Shown piece after piece: positions 36,873 to 52,251 of a DNA stretch of 64,000 nt. How positions within the stretch are numbered: position 1 is the first letter of the stretch; every line of letters begins with the position of its first letter. The notes under the pieces were generated by a model. The model was given only the letters and a program-made list of their open reading frames with translations, was not told where the DNA came from and searched no databases. The DNA is from Lytechinus pictus (lineage: Eukaryota): NCBI RefSeq assembly GCF_037042905.1, contig NC_087251.1:23746001-23810000 (forward strand), in the 5' to 3' direction. The position numbers were made by a program, and so were the translations under genes.

Positions 36873-39800
36873 ATGCCAGTTGCACAAACCAGACTTGAAA
36901 TCTTGCAAGTTCACAAGTTTCTGCAGTGTGTACGATCGAAGGACAAAGCGCAGATTGAGAAACTGTGCTCAAATGGAGTCCCACATCTTGTCAACTATAG
37001 TGAACCAGAGGAAGGTGAAACAGGATTGCATTTGGCAGCAAGGGTCAATGATGAGGAGATGGTGCGATTTCTTCTTGACTTGGGAGCCCATCCCAATGTC
37101 ATCGATCTTAAAGGGAGAACAGCTGCAATGAGAGCTGCAGAGTTTGGCCATGTCCAGACGCTTGAAGTATTAGCCACTGCTGGCTCGGACATGAAGATAA
37201 AAGACACTGATGGAAAAGGTAAAGAAGTGTTTCAACAATAAATTTTTCATAATTAAAAGTGATGTCTTCATAATATTTATTAAATAAAATTAGAACAGTT
37301 AAGATTTATGGATTGACAACAAAATCAAGTGCTTTTTAGTCTACAAATAATACATTGTATGATAGAGGTACATGTAGACCCCTTTTTTCAGAAAATTCCA
37401 CTTTCATTTTGTTGGGCAAGTGATTCATTTTTTAAGTCTGTTTAACAATTTTCTAGTGGTTTCACAGGTTTGTAAAGTTTGTCTTCAAATTGAATGTTAA
37501 AGCTCAAAACTCAACACAATGTCTAACAGTCTATTTTTTTCTTCAATTTTGCAGGTATTTTATTCTACTGTATTTTGCCAACCAGCCGTCATGCTCGCTG
37601 TACATCAATAGTAATTGAGAACGGAGCAGAATGTAACAACATGTCTAATGATGGCATGCCTCTTCTGGTTGTAGCCTGCCTGGAAGCAAAAGAGAATGAA
37701 GAAATCTGTAAGAAACTCCTTGACCATGGTGCCGATCCAAACAGCACCCATCCAGTAAGTTTAATCTCAATCCCTCAAGCAGGGGCGGATCCAGGATTTT
37801 TCAAAAGGGGGGGGGGGCACACTTCTGATTTAAGTTTATTTTACATTACAAATTTTAATTGTGCCCCCTGGATCCGCCAGTGCCCTCAAGGGTTAAACAT
37901 GATTATTATGAGCAAGGAGTGCTTGGTGAGGACAAAGCCAAACCAAGGAGGTGTATATTCAATCGCAGGAAATCAAATATCAAAATGTATAGTCTATGGT
38001 ACCGGTAATATGAATATATGAATATAAGATGCAAATTTGAGTAGTCAATATAAAGACAGAACCGGAGCTAGTGTTATAAAAAATAAAATGTACTGAATAG
38101 TGAGTTGGTACTTTTGGGGTCCAAATCCACTTTCTCAAGCATCAAGAATCACATAAAGTACTATGAACTAAATAAAGGTTTTTATCTAGAAGATAATGAA
38201 ATAGATAGGTATATTCCTTGATACCTCTGTTGTTTGTTAGCTCACCTGTTTGTTTAAATTGTGATTGCTGACTAATTGTGCAATTTGATTTCAAATCTAA
38301 TTTTATCTTCTATTTATACAGTCAACTGGAAGAACAGCTCTGAATGCTGCAGCTGGTAGTGGTAGCGTTGAAGTCGTCAAGAATATCCTCACTAAAGGGG
38401 GTGATGTGAACACACCCGACAAGAACATGTTGACTCCTACGCTCAGAGCATCCATGCGAGGCCATTTTGAAGTTCTTCAAGTATTAGCGAGCTACGGGGC
38501 TGACTTTGGATGTGTTGATGTCATCCTGAACACACCTGTACACTATGCTGCAGAGGGTGGTCATGCCTTGTGTTGTAGATACCTTGCACAAAGAGGTAGG
38601 TTGAAGTTAGTCAAGATAGTAAATAGGCTTCATCAATGAATTGTGTGCTTGCGGGCTAAACTAAAGCCTAAAAGAGTGTTTATTCTCTAAGCTACGATCA
38701 GGTCTGTATCCAAACCAAACAAATTTGAATTGGATACCATTGAAATGCTAGATTTCGTCTCCCTCCAATATTCATTACAAAGATAATCTAGGCAATACAT
38801 TTTTAAAAAGTTAGTTGATATTGATGTTGTTTTTCTTCCAGTTGTCAACAGGCAATCTGTAAAAATGTCAACTACTTTTAAAAGGTCTATTTTATAAGTG
38901 CGCTTTTATCACATTTCCACTTTGATGATTCAAATCCAGTCCAGACAGACTGCTAAATCCTGTGTTGTATGTGAATGTGCCCCTATGATGGGAACCCTAA
39001 GGAATTAAATCCTTATGCAATATCAGAGAGTATTTTACATTTTTCTTGCTGACTTAGATTTAATACTAATTACATGTACTTAATTTGATTCTAAAAAGAA
39101 CAGGTCGTATTTTTATAACTTACAGTAGCTTCTGATGAATTACATTTACATGTATATTCATTGTTTTTCAAGTTACATTCATGTACAAAATCATTTTGCA
39201 TGAAATAAGAAATTGATTGCTTTAATGACAGATGCCAGCTCTAAGTTATTTTCATTGTTATTGTTGAATACTAATCTACTCAATATTTTCTTCTATCTTA
39301 AACAGGCGCCAAAGCACATATGAAGAATGAGGATGGCCTCCTTCCCAAGGTAATTGCCAAGAACTATGGATTCAAGGATGCGCTGAAGGAATGCAAGAAG
39401 GCTGAGAAACTTGCCAAAAAGATCCACACGGGTGGTAAACTCCCCACTGAGCCATGGGCTGTCAGAGTGTACGATTGGGCAAATGCCAGGCAAGACGAAC
39501 TCTCAAAGAAGTTCATGGAGATGGACCCTGAGATGAATGAAGTTGTGTCAAAGGAACAGTTCTACGATGTCCTCATGTCGCTAGATGCACCCATCGATGA
39601 AGAAGACTTTAAGAAACTATTCCAACTTCATGACAAGACAAAAGAAAACGTTATCAACTACAGTGACTTTTTAGGAGCCAAGAAGTATGTTCACAAAACG
39701 TATCTCATGTCAGCGTACGCCAAAAAAGAAAAGAAAAAGAAGGGCAAGAAGGGAAAGAAGAAGAAGGGTAAAACCAAAGTGCCAATGCCAATTTGTTTAG

Positions 39801-42600
39801 GACCAGAAGGTGATAGGACAGAAAGGGGTGGACCTCCGCCTGTATTCATTGAGAGACATGTTCCATTCACTGATACTGGTCGGTTTGATCGTGATAGACC
39901 ACCACTTCATCCCATTCAGGATGACTCAGCGTGGTATCTTAGTCATCCAGATAAAACTTACATTAATGTCAACGATGCTGCAAAGATGGGTGATTTAGAC
40001 TCGTTACGACAGGCATACATACATGGTAGGAGTGTGGATGTACGAGATAAATACTTCAAGACTGCTCTTATGATCGCGTGTGGTCAGGGAAACCTGCAGA
40101 TTAGCAAGTTTCTAATTGACAATGGGTAAGTGAATTTGCATGTGATTTGCAGATTATAAAAAAAATTGGAATAGGATGAAATATTGTTCAAGCAAGTCAA
40201 TAGATTCAAAACCCCTTCCATCTGATAATTTTCTCCTTTACCCCATTAATTATAATTGTTATTCCATGTCAAAGCATTTGAAAATGCTTGAAATTGTACT
40301 TATGCACATTGACTTTTTTACCCTGAATATCTGCTTGTGCTGAGATATTTTCTTAAATCACTGTAGTTTACATGAACATAAAAAGTGTACAAAAACAGCT
40401 TGCTAAGTCTGATAAGTCACTTGGGAAAAAAAGATGGATATGAAGTGTAATCAAGACACTTCAAAGAAAAATTTAGAGATTGAATTTATGCTATGACTTG
40501 CATGTATTTTTCAAGATCGAACATTTCGTAGTAGGTCCATTTCCATTGCATATATGTAGTAATAATAATTATTTTATTTTATTAAATTCTTCTTGCCCAG
40601 GGCCCAGGTCAACACTTGTGATAACTTCAAATGGACCCCTCTTCACCACGCCTGTCTCTCTGGTCAAATAGATATCGTCCAGCGGTTAGTAGAGGCTGGT
40701 GCAGACATGAATGCTCAGGCATTGAATGGAGGAACACCTCTCATGAGAGCTATACAAACAGGATCTCCAAACATTGTACAATATCTCATCAACAAAGGCT
40801 GTAATGTCCAACTTGAAAATAGGAAAGGTAAGATTTAAAAGAAAGTGTGTGCATTGGTTTTTTTTTTTTTCAATTTTCAAATATGTAATCTGCATAATTT
40901 AAATCAGAACTTTTTATAATTACGAGTTCATTTCGTAAGTGAGGGGAAAAAAATCCATATTTGATTTTGGTAGCTATTCTTGGGTATTAGAAATCAAACA
41001 TATTTTCAAATTACTACTTAAGAGCAGAAAATCTTGCAACATTTATAAATTTCAATAAGATTTTTAGAATCGATATCATTAGTCAAATCTGTCTGTTTTA
41101 TTGCAGTCAGTGTTTTTCATCAAAATCAAAAGTGTAACTAATTCCTATAGACATCCATTTGATCATTTCTCTCACTTGCATAAATACTCCTTGACCATTT
41201 TATTGATTCTTGCCCCCCCCCCTTCCTTCTTCATGTAGGTATTTGATTCATGAATTTTGTAATAAGATTAGTCAAATCTTTGTTCTTTCTACTCAGGGGA
41301 CACGGCTATGGAGGTAGCAAGGTGGTGGGCCGATCCAAGGGTTCTTCAAATCGTCTCAGATAAGTTTGACACCATTCCAGCTCCAAAGGAAGGGAAGAAG
41401 AAGGGCAAGAAGAGTGCTGGAAAGAAAAGCGATGGAGGCAAAAGAGCACAGTCTGTACCCCCAATCCCTCAGGGGGGTCTAATATCGCAACCATCAGGGG
41501 TAAGAAAGAAACTCTTGAAATTGCACCTGTGTTTTTTAAAAATGCTTAGTTTATAGATAAATTGAGAATTCAATTTCGACTGAATTATAATAATTAGAAG
41601 ATCTCAGCTTGTAATATTCTAAAATATTTTCAAAAAGTGTCTGTTTCTGTTTGTCAAATATGTTTTGATATACCAGCTTTCTTATTAACATGTACATGTA
41701 TTCCATTTTGATGCATGAACAACATTGTGTTCTTTACATCATAGGAGCTTGCTTATATTCCTTGTCTGACGTAGCAACATATTTTATATGCAAAGTTGAT
41801 TGAGGTATTGCACTTCATTCACCAATGATTAGTTTGTGGAATGCTTTGCTAGGTCCCCAGGAGAAAACTTCTAATAACATTGTGAAGTGGTTAAATGAAC
41901 TCTGCCCTATGTGTTTGTCATTTAAGAAAGGAAATGTTCATTTTAATGTGAATATTAGAGTAAAGTCACATTTTGTGTACGTGGCTCAATTTAGAGTCAA
42001 TGAAAGTTTGCAGATTGGTAAAGGATTAGAGGTCAGTTGATACAGGAGTTTGACTTGAAAAAAAGTTTTATAAGAAAATTACCCTGAATAGGTTTTAAAT
42101 AGCAATCTCAAAAAAGCACTGTGAGGCTAAAGGTGGGGTTGTTCTAAAATATGAGCTTTTGTAATGGCCATTTTGGTCAAGATTTTAATAGCCTTTAAAA
42201 AAAATCTTAGTATCTGCATACCAGTAATATTGAATAAAGACTGCAAATGATCTTAGAACTGGTATGCAGCCTCTAGTGTAGGGGAAATAGTAAAATCTAT
42301 TTTTATCTGTGTTTTCTTTAGACCGACTCCCCAATTACGACACCCCGTGAGCGTAAAGGTTCTGTTCTGCGTGCAGCATCAGCCATGGCTGGAGGTATAG
42401 AACACCAGGAAGATATCACCTATGTACCTCTCAAAGCATGGAGTAATGTACCAAACACAAGGGAGCTTATCATTAAGAAGGAACAACGGAGACAGAGATA
42501 TGGAGACGGTATCGACTTCCCAGATTACAGGCATCCTTTCAATGAAAATTTCATGAAAAAATCAGAAGAACTTGGTGGAGCGGATTCCGATGATGACTGA
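36873..42600 (+). CDS. ANKEF1: Ankyrin repeat and EF-hand domain-containing protein 1; exons 36873-37218, 37555-37754, 38322-38595, 39306-40125, 40601-40827, 41297-41499, 42322-42600 (~782 aa)
   Basis: RLEILQVHKFLQCVRSKDK, GILFYCILPT, STGRTAL, CCRYLAQRG, WAVRVYDW, HPIQDDSAWY, DNFKWTPLH, QLENRKG and DITYVP..W are colinear with vertebrate ANKEF1. All GT-AG introns are in phase. Confidence 0.95.
37780..37882. mobile_element. 103-bp hAT-like element in ANKEF1 intron 2
   Basis: CAGGGGCGGATCCAGG...CCTGGATCCGCCAGTG with a perfect 8-bp TSD CCCTCAAG (37772-37779, 37883-37890). Confidence 0.85.
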
Positions 42601-42912
42601 AATACATGAATATTGATTAAGAACAGGACTGGATGCTTGATCTTGTGATTAAATAAAGAAATTACATTCGAGTATCAATGTATGTACATGAATCCTCTTT
42701 AAAAAAAAAAAGGGGGGGGGGCTTTCAAGATTTGATCAATATGAATGAAGTAATCACACATATAGGCAAGGTGATGAAATTAGGTGGTTGAATCTGGGAT
42801 TTTGTTTGAAGGGCAGAAACATGTTACATGGAATGCTATTACATGTATACTATTCAAAGTGAAGTATGTGTGTCAAGGAGAAGTATGTCGGGAAGTGTAG
42901 GAGTTTGCGTAA

Positions 42913-43064
42913 TGCTGCACTCACATTTTCCCTACGGCGGCCTTATGGCAAGTTGAAAACGGCCGTTTTATTCATTTATATTCAAACCACCTATATGTAG
43001 CTGGAACAAAAAAATATTAAATCGGCTGTTTTTGACTCGCCGTAGGAGAAATGTGACTGAGGTA
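42913..43064. mobile_element. PIF/Harbinger-like MITE in the ANKEF1 3' region
   Basis: Inverted termini CACTCACATTTTCCCTACGGCG / CGCCGTAGGAGAAATGTGACTG; TAA on both sides. Confidence 0.7.
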
Positions 43065-44263
43065 TAAGTAAGTGCAGACTATATTGTTGGGAATTTTAAG
43101 TTTGACTAAGAAGTCTCTAGTAGTTTATAGTTGGTTCCTTACTATGGCAAGAACCAAATTGGATGGATTAATCTATAATTTAATCATGGATACCCCTTGT
43201 CAAAATGCTTTACTCAGATCTCATTCACCTGTGTCATTTGTTTTGATGCTGTACTTTCATTATATATTTCAAACAGGATTTTTTTTTTCAGTGACTTTGT
43301 AATGCATTTTCTCCTTAAGTATTAAATGGAACAAGGTGATGAATTAGCTTTAACTGATCAAATGTATCTGGTCTTTGTGTACTGATCTCATACAATATGC
43401 AATAGTTGAATATACACAATAATATTATTTAAAACTTGAATATGTGTTACTGTGCTAAATTGTAATTTCTTTTGTACCATTGTCTATGGACTTGTACGCT
43501 ATGCTTCGAACCCCACTGAATGCCATACTGAACAATATAAGAAATATAAGACTATGCACCTTTTTCTTTTGCAAAAAATTATATGATCAATCAAACATTT
43601 TTTTTAATTTCATTTAACCAGAGTTTGCATTTATAGTTTCATCATTTAAGGTGCACTACATATGTATTTGTACCTGAGTTTGAATTGTATTTTTCTCCAA
43701 TACCTTAAATCAATGGCAATGGATATCATAAGTATTCAAGTGACAAATGTACTTTAAGTGAAAGTGAATGGTTGATAATATGAATGTTAATCTATGTGCT
43801 GAAATAATCATGTATATTTTAAATTACTTGTACGTTAAAATCAGATATGAATTTGAATCTGGTTCGTTGAAACACCTTGAATGTTCTATCAGCATTATCT
43901 CAGACTATTCTTATTTGTGTATCAGATCTTGATAGTAAGATTTGTAAGTTTTATTTAATCAAAAGCATTATCACAGCCATGTTTGAAGTTGTATGAAATT
44001 ATGCACAGAATTGAAGAAAATCCAACATTTTTATTTTTGTCAAATTTTAAAATAATTTATGGAAATCATGGTGAACAATATTTTGGAACAAAATCAGATC
44101 TGAAAGATCGCTATGTGTACTTCTATTAATTTATTAACTTTTATTTGCTTCCTAAGCTCTGGATTCCGTGTAATAAAATGCCTATATTTTTGTGACATTT
44201 ATTGAAGTAGAGAGATAATCTATAATGTAATTCATTACCATTGTTAAATATCATGTGATTATC

Positions 44264-44269
44264 AATAAA
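44264..44269 (+). terminator. Candidate ANKEF1 polyadenylation signal
   Basis: AATAAA followed ~20 nt later by the GU/U-rich tract TGTTTTCTCTGTTTTGT. Confidence 0.35.
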
Positions 44270-47200
44270 TATTTATGGATATGCATTTGATGTTTTCTCT
44301 GTTTTGTATTAAAATCACTGTATGTCAAGTACCTATGCAGCAACAAAAAACATGCCCTTCATTTATTTAAATGAGATAGAAATGAAAATCATATCTTCTA
44401 TCAAAAGTGCACTTTGGCTCAATAACCTATTAAGGGGCTATGATACAACATTATCTCTTACTCATTCTATAGAAAACAAATTGGTTTTGTCTTACATGCA
44501 ATCCTAGTTTGTAATTCATTATTTACATATACATGTATATGTCCATCATATTAACATGATCTCGATTTCAGATCCATTAAATCTATTATTTTATATCACT
44601 CAAACCCATCCCCAGTCAGTTTAAATCTGTTCTTGACTACACTTTAATTTGTTTAATGCATTTTACCAAAATTCTGCCCTGTCTTTTACACAGTAATCCT
44701 ATATCTTTTCATTGCTAATCCTCATATTAACCAGACAAACAGCAGGGATATTGGGAAAAAAAATGAAGTATACATACATAGCACCTTAATGACTAGATTC
44801 TTGCCCCATTACGTTTGACACCATGCTCGTCCACAACGAGCGATGTACTGTGTGTACGCTTTATAAAAATCTATCAAACTTGCCAAAATCAGGAATAAAA
44901 AGGTACACTTATAAAAGTCTTGTGAGCCTGGAGCGTGGGGAAAGGGATATATTTCACCCTATAATGGAAATATATTTGAGACATTCAAGGTTGGGATACT
45001 TGGCAAAATACTTGTTTCAGGTCCATTTTGAAAGTCCATGGGCGAGCATGGGGTCCACCTTAAGAGTGACAGTGCTGCTTCCAGATTCTTGCTAAAAGGA
45101 GCAGGCTTGCCGATAGGTATCAAATTTCATCAAGGTTGTCTGGAATATTAGACTTGGGCAGACATGCCTGTAATGCCTTGGTTTTAATAGGCTCAAGTTC
45201 GAGAGCACATTTCTCTTAGTCAATCTAAGAATTTCTTTGGAAAAAAAATGGTACTCATTGCCTCTGTTACGAAAGTTTAACTTGATACTACAAACAAAAA
45301 TAAAATGTTGATTAGCATTGTAAATTGAAGTTTCTCAACAATCACAAAGGCACATTTGGGCAGAGGGAAAGTAAGTCACTCCTTTCATAATATCTACATG
45401 TCTTTCCCACCCTCCCTTTCACTATCTCTCTCTCTCTCCCTCCCTCTCTCCCCCTCTAACTCTTTTCTCTGTTGCATATTTTTTTATCTTTTAAAGGAGA
45501 ATCGTGACCATAGAGATGTCTTTACAGTCGTAGCCAACCATATCATGTACTCACAGATCAACCACGTATCAAACTTGTGAAATTGTCAAGCAAGATGTTT
45601 ATTTATCTTTCATTGCAATAGCAGTACATTTGAGCACACAAATAAAAAAACAGAACAGAACAAAAGTCAGAAGATAAACATACAATCTACAAAACAATAT
45701 ACTGGTCTTGAATTCATAGTTCAAAGATTGTCTCAGTGAATGTAACATTATCATCAAATTGAAAATTCATTCATTTCATGAAAAATATCTTGTATCAATT
45801 ACATAATAAAAAACAAACCTTGCAGGATAGTTTACACCAGTAAATAGTGTGTTTTAACAATATGATTGTATTTTCAGCATATAATTGTGACTAGAATTTT
45901 TAATCTTCTAATATAAATGAATAATGAGTTCAGTTATCTTTAGCTATAAATTTTGCTTTAAATTTCACTTTTGTGTGTGTTATTTCATGTAAGATAAAGT
46001 AAGATATCCATGATTATAGTTTAATAATCTATATTCTGAAAAGGTTGAAAAGAGTGCTAAGCATGTCAAAACTTTTTTACAGTGGCCAATGCTTGCTGGC
46101 ATGTTTTCAAACAATATAAAATTCTATGTTATTTGAGGCAGCATTTGAGACCACCAACAATGTAAAAGTGATATAGCCAGATATAAGAGAAATGTAGTTA
46201 GTCATCATTTCTATCAAAATGTACAGGGTATAAGGGTTATTTGTTTTAACACAAACATTTCATCCATGTTGTTTTATGTATATTTAATCAATTATGTCGT
46301 TTTGTTTGTATAATATGAACAAAAATTAAATGAATACATTGCAAGAACGAGATGTTTTTTTAGTTAATTTGATGAAGAGTAAAACAAAAGAGGGGAGCTG
46401 GTTGATACACGGGTCGGTTCGAAGGGAAGTCTGGATAAATGACAGTTTTTAATTTCTTGCTTCTAGACAGTACCATGAATGCTGATAAACCAATCATCTC
46501 CAAATTCAGGCTTGCATCAGATTTAATTACAAATGGGACAATGTTCATAAAGTGACATTTCAAACAAGTAAACAATGGTTTGATTAATCCATTTTAGAAT
46601 ATGGTTCCTTTATAACTTTATTCTACAAATAATGTAATCTTACATTCAATAATTCAAATAGCTTCAACTATACATTTTCATCTAAAAGCTGCAAAGGGAT
46701 TACCAAACTCAAGGTGTGCTCAAAAATAAATAGCAAAAGAAAAAATTGCTACAAATGGAGAAAAAAAATTAGTCTACTATCATTTCTATTTCAGATAAAC
46801 AAAGACAATATTACATGTACATCAATATATACATATAAAATATAAGGTGACCCCTCAAGTTCAGTTTAAAGAAGGCTATATTATTAAAAAAAATATGTAT
46901 CCAGTTATTTAAAGTAAATATCAGCTTTATCTATATTGCAATTATTTGATTTTTTTTTCAATTTGGGAATAATTTCTCATAAAATGATTATCAAATTTTC
47001 AATCCTTTTAAGACTGTGGTTAATCTTGTAATGACACTAAAAATCAAGAACATTCCCCATGAATTCAAAGAGACAACTTACCTACCAAAGAAATGATCAA
47101 TCAATATAATTAATTCTTTCATTTTAAATGAATAAAACATTGTAATATCTTCTAAGCAATATAATTTACCAGCAACATTGCAATTCTTAGCTTCAGCCTT

Positions 47201-49662
47201 TCACAAGTATTTTTATATGGAATATTAGAATCTGAATTCATATTTATATAGCAATCCACACCAGAGTGAGTGTTCTCAAATGAAATCATTCTTAGTACTA
47301 AAATAAGCAATTTCATATTGTGAATACACTTATATTTTTTTGGTAAATGTAAGTCCAATTAAATGAACAATTTGCTTTTATACCATTTCACATACTTGCT
47401 TACATGTACTATCCAGTTTATTGGATCAACAATTCGGTTTAAACAAATATGACAGAGATAATAAACATCTTCATTTTACTTACACAAGCAGGATCAGCTA
47501 CAAGTGATTTCACATACAAGGGAAGATACAATTTATTCTAGTAGCTCATAATACTAATATACTATAAAGAGAGAAGACTTCATTGAGTGTGTATATATAT
47601 ATATACATATGTATAATATTTTGTTTGAACAATAAGTTTGACATGAAGGAGTTTTTCAAAGACATGCAAATTGGTGACTCAACATTTGCTCCTCTTTTTC
47701 ATTTCTGCAAAGAAAAATGCCAGCATTAGACCTTGTATCAAGTCTGCTATAATTGTGGGTGGTCAAAATGTCAAAAATTTGCTTACATAGTATGTTTCTC
47801 TTTATGTTTCCACAGTGAAGATAACTAGGTAAGTTTCATTCTCAAACAACATTTTTAATGAATTTTAGTGCCAAATGTGCTGACAAATCAAACCTGTACT
47901 AACAACTCTTTTAATAAAAAAAAACAGCTGCATTTTAAGCGATTCATTTTGTATTAAAGACAGGGAAAGCAAGAATGCATTGGTCTAAGTTCAGCTGCTA
48001 CAATATATGAAGTTTAAATGCCTATATCATTCTTATCTCTGACTGGAATGATAGGTATATAACAATGGGAACACAAAAAACATCAAATAACACGAGTTAT
48101 GGAATTATTATTTGTATACAACACAATTAAAACTTCACTCAGTGCAACTTTAAGAGACTCTGACCGACTTTCTTATTTTATCAATGACACTTCAGAAAAA
48201 AAAATTGTTGATAAACTGTGCAATTTTTTTCCCAAAGAATAGTGCATATATCCATATAAATAATGAAATAAGGGTTGAGAAATTATTAAGATAAATTCAA
48301 GTATTACATGTAATAATTCAAATCACTAGCAATCATAATAAACTTTCATTAAGTGGTACAGAAGCATTGAATGCCATTTTCATCATAAAAAGGGAAATAA
48401 TGATTTTGATAAATGATAGATGGAAAAACTATTATGACACACGAGTATAGTTCTTCCCAGTACCACTACTCAAATAAATAAATAATTAACATAGGAACAA
48501 AAAAAGAGAAGAACCTGAACTGATTGAGTATAAATAATTTCATATTAGTAATAACATTACTAAAGAATACTTTGGCACAGAGTCAATACATTAAAATCAT
48601 TGTTTTTCACTACAAAATGTTTCAGACTGCCATTTGTGTTTCATTAAACTGAATGTTCATTTTGTTGAAAATAACCCCTCCCATAAAAAAAAAAATTAAA
48701 AAAAAAAATCATAAATTATAAAAGAGATGACCAATATAAGCATGTACAAAAAGGATGTCAAAAGTATATCAAATTCCATATTGAGTATGAGTGGGTCATA
48801 AAAAATCCTATTACAAAGCTGTAAGTTCATCAGTATGACAATTCACTTTTTTAAAAGTGCAACAATTTCAACCTCAATAACGGTATACGAATCTGTCCCA
48901 TAAAAGTCCTTATAGGTAACTTCAAATACAGTGATAAAAATAACAATGATTTACATAATCATATATATATTCAAATGCATCACAGTACTGAGTAATATAC
49001 TGTATTTCTTATAACATAATATATAGCATGGCTATAGCATTTCAAACTTGATGCCAAATATTATGTCAAATCTATGGAGTTGTATGGATGGATATAATTT
49101 CTAAATAGTTTCAAATGAATACACTATCAAATTTTACCATGAATCAATAGGTTTGTGCACGCTGTGCAGTGTATTTTTGGAATGGTGAGATTACATATTT
49201 TAAATAAAACATATACAATTCTTTTTCATCTTTTCCATGCCTTTTGACCTTACATCAAATAAGGAACAACATATCAACAAATTACCACAGTTTCACCAAA
49301 AAAATTAAACGGACACAATTAAGGAAAAAGAATGTCTCATAAAAAATAAAGATATAACATAGTTCTCTTTCAAAAAATAAACTATACTTCCATGTCTTCT
49401 CATTGCATTCATTTTAACACCTGACAAGCAATGACCACTTGGTGGCGCTCTTTCATTGTAAGGACACAATTGTGGTACAATTTTTTTTATATCAAAATTT
49501 GAAAGAAAACAAACATTCAGTACTTCTGATTTTAAAACCTAGTTTATGGTACAACATGATCAGGCAGACTGGTGGTTTTCTCACTCAATTCACATGCATT
49601 ATTATTCTACATATTTACAAAATACAGAAAATCCCATTCACAAAACAAGATTTTCTTTACTT

Positions 49663-49977
49663 GGGCCATTCTTGGTCACGTGTGCGACCGCAATGACAAA
49701 TCTTCACTTTAATAGTTATAAATCTAAAACTTTCAGAGATTTTAAACTTTCAAACTCATACTTCTGCGTGAAGTCACACATGTGACCCACTTCTTTTGAC
49801 CTCTGACTTTGAACCTGCATTTTAGAGACAGCAAAACATATTTCCAAATGATAGCTGACTAAACATGTTAATGTTACATAACCTTTGAATTACAAAATCT
49901 CTAAAATTTTTAGATTTATAACTAATTAAGTCAAAATTTGTTATAAATTCGGTCACACACGTGACCAAGAATAGCCC
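49663..49977. mobile_element. MITE with 4-bp TSD (Sola-like)
   Basis: GGGCCATTCTTGGTCACGTGTGCGACCG / CGGTCACACACGTGACCAAGAATAGCCC, flanked by ACTT on both sides. Confidence 0.8.
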
Positions 49978-50377
49978 ACTTAACAATCAATATCTTTCAA
50001 AGATAGCATTATAGGTCATTCAAGTACTGGAATCTTATCACTGGAATTATCCCTAAATTTAAATCTATCGCCAGATCGTAATTTGAATTACATTTATTCT
50101 GGTCCAGCGTGCAGTTGTTCTATCTGTACCACTAAACTGTACGACTGACAAAATAATAGAATTTTATCAAAGACTACACCTCTTAATGTTCTGAACACAA
50201 TTCATATGGATATAAAGTAATTTCTAATGTCCTTTGGCAGTTCATCAACATGGTGCTATGACTCAAGTCCTTGTGCTTGCAAGGTTGCAGGTTTGAATCC
50301 CAAAATGGGCATGGATTTTAATTTGCAAATTTTGATTTTTCTTGTTTGAAATAAAATTGAGGCAATACGTTGGTATA

Positions 50378-50764
50378 GAGTACCGAAGTGATGATGTCAC
50401 AAAAAACTTTTTTTTTAGAATTTCAGTGTTTTTGATACCATATTTTGGTAGAGCATGATGAAGAACCCCCACTACCAATATTTGGTGGGAATCCGTCCAT
50501 GGGGCCTGAAGATATGACCTCATGAATACATAATTAGCCCAACTGAAGTCAGTGTATTGTTGGCCTGGTTCTAAAAGTTAGGAACCAGGCCAATTATACA
50601 TTGACTTCAATGGGGATAATCATGTATTCATGAGGTCATATCTTATGGACCGATTCCCACCAAATTTTGGTTGAGGGTTTTGTTTTATCGTGCTCTACCA
50701 AAATATGGTATAAAAAACGCTGATATGCAAAAAGTAAAATTGATGACGTCACACTTCGGAACTC
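50378..50764. mobile_element. Almost fully palindromic ~390-bp MITE, copy 1
   Basis: TATA|GAGTACCGAAGTG...CACTTCGGAACTC|TATA; the arms pair up to the central GGCCTGGTTCT-AAAAGTT-AGGAACCAGGCC. Confidence 0.85.
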
Positions 50765-51761
50765 TATAAAGGCCATAAGTGCAAGACTTGTAGCCTGATT
50801 CAGTCTTCAAAACAAATTGGTGATACAGACATTTCTTCCAGCATGTTGTATAATTTAAATGGTGGATACACTAAACAACTTTAAAATTTTCTTTGAATTT
50901 TTTACCATAAAATCTTTATAAAATTTTAAAATATATTTGTATATTGTTCCAATAAATCCATAGAATTCAACAAAACCTTTCAGGTATTTATTAAAAAATA
51001 ACTTTACTTTAAATCGACATCATTGGAACTTTTAAATGATACTGAAATAAAAGTTCAAAGGCATTTTAAATGACCACATGAACACAGAAATACGATTATA
51101 TTTGCCTAGGCATACTTTGTATATAATTGTATTACAATATGCACTATAAAAATATCAAACTCCTTTTTTAAAGCCTCAATCAATTTTTGTCCTAACATGC
51201 ATCTCTAAAATACAACCCTTACTTACAAAAGCATTTTGTTCATTATTACACTTTTCATCACAACCCTCTTCTTGTAATTTACAAAAGAACTTTTCTACTG
51301 ACAGAAAGACATTATTAACTATACAAGCATCGAACAATAAAATGACAGAGTATTCGGTCGATGAATCTACACAATTTTTTATAAACAATATTAACAATTC
51401 AAATTCAATTACACTTTACATCAATATGATACATCAACAGCTTAACGAGAGGACCAAATACATTCCAAACGTTTGGCAAGTGCATAATACATAGCAAAAA
51501 CATGAAGAATGTCATATTTATTCTTTGGTAACAATTTGAATAAAAACTGCTGTTCATTTAAAAGATTTTCAGTGAAATGTCAACTATGAATGGACAAAAA
51601 ATATATTTGAAAAAAAGAAAATACAAAATGTCAAGAAGTTATCAATTCATCCAGGCATGCAAAAAGTATTATAATTTGGTCATGACAAGAGAGAGGTTTT
51701 GGAGGAGAAAGCTCTTCTCAAGAAACAATTTATTAATACAACATTTAGATAACATTCTAAA

Positions 51762-52251
51762 AGGGAGGTTCACCCTGATGATAACTTGGTTAGGATAAAA
51801 GCAGAAAAATTAAATAGAAATATTGAGTTTCTGGAAAACCTATCAAAAAATAAGAAAGTTAGAAATTCTAAAATTTTTAAATATGTTACATGATATGCAA
51901 GCAGCTTTCCCATATATCATGTTCTATATATATTCCATAAATTCATTTTTTATATGTAATATGATAAATACGAATATATTTTTCTTATAGAATGGGGTAT
52001 GAATTGATATTGTGCGTCTGATGATATATTCAACACACATACATGTATAAAACCATTATCAAATGTTTTGGGAAAATGGCAATGGAGAATTTATAACGCA
52101 CAACAATATCGTCTGTGAGGTCACATTATTTCTCAAAATAATAAAATTTCATAACTTATTTATTTATGGATTTTCTTTAAACCTTCGATCAATATTTTTC
52201 TCTAATTTTCTGCTTTCATCAAAACTAACTTATTATCAGGGTGAATTCCCT
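51762..52251. mobile_element. TTAA-type MITE (Kolobok/T2-like), family B
   Basis: AGGGAGGTTCACCCTGAT ... ATCAGGGTGAATTCCCT|TTAA. Confidence 0.75.

Noticed and set aside
37755-38021. ORF-track extension of ANKEF1 exon 2
   Set aside because: Reads through the donor at 37755 into intron and a hAT-like MITE.
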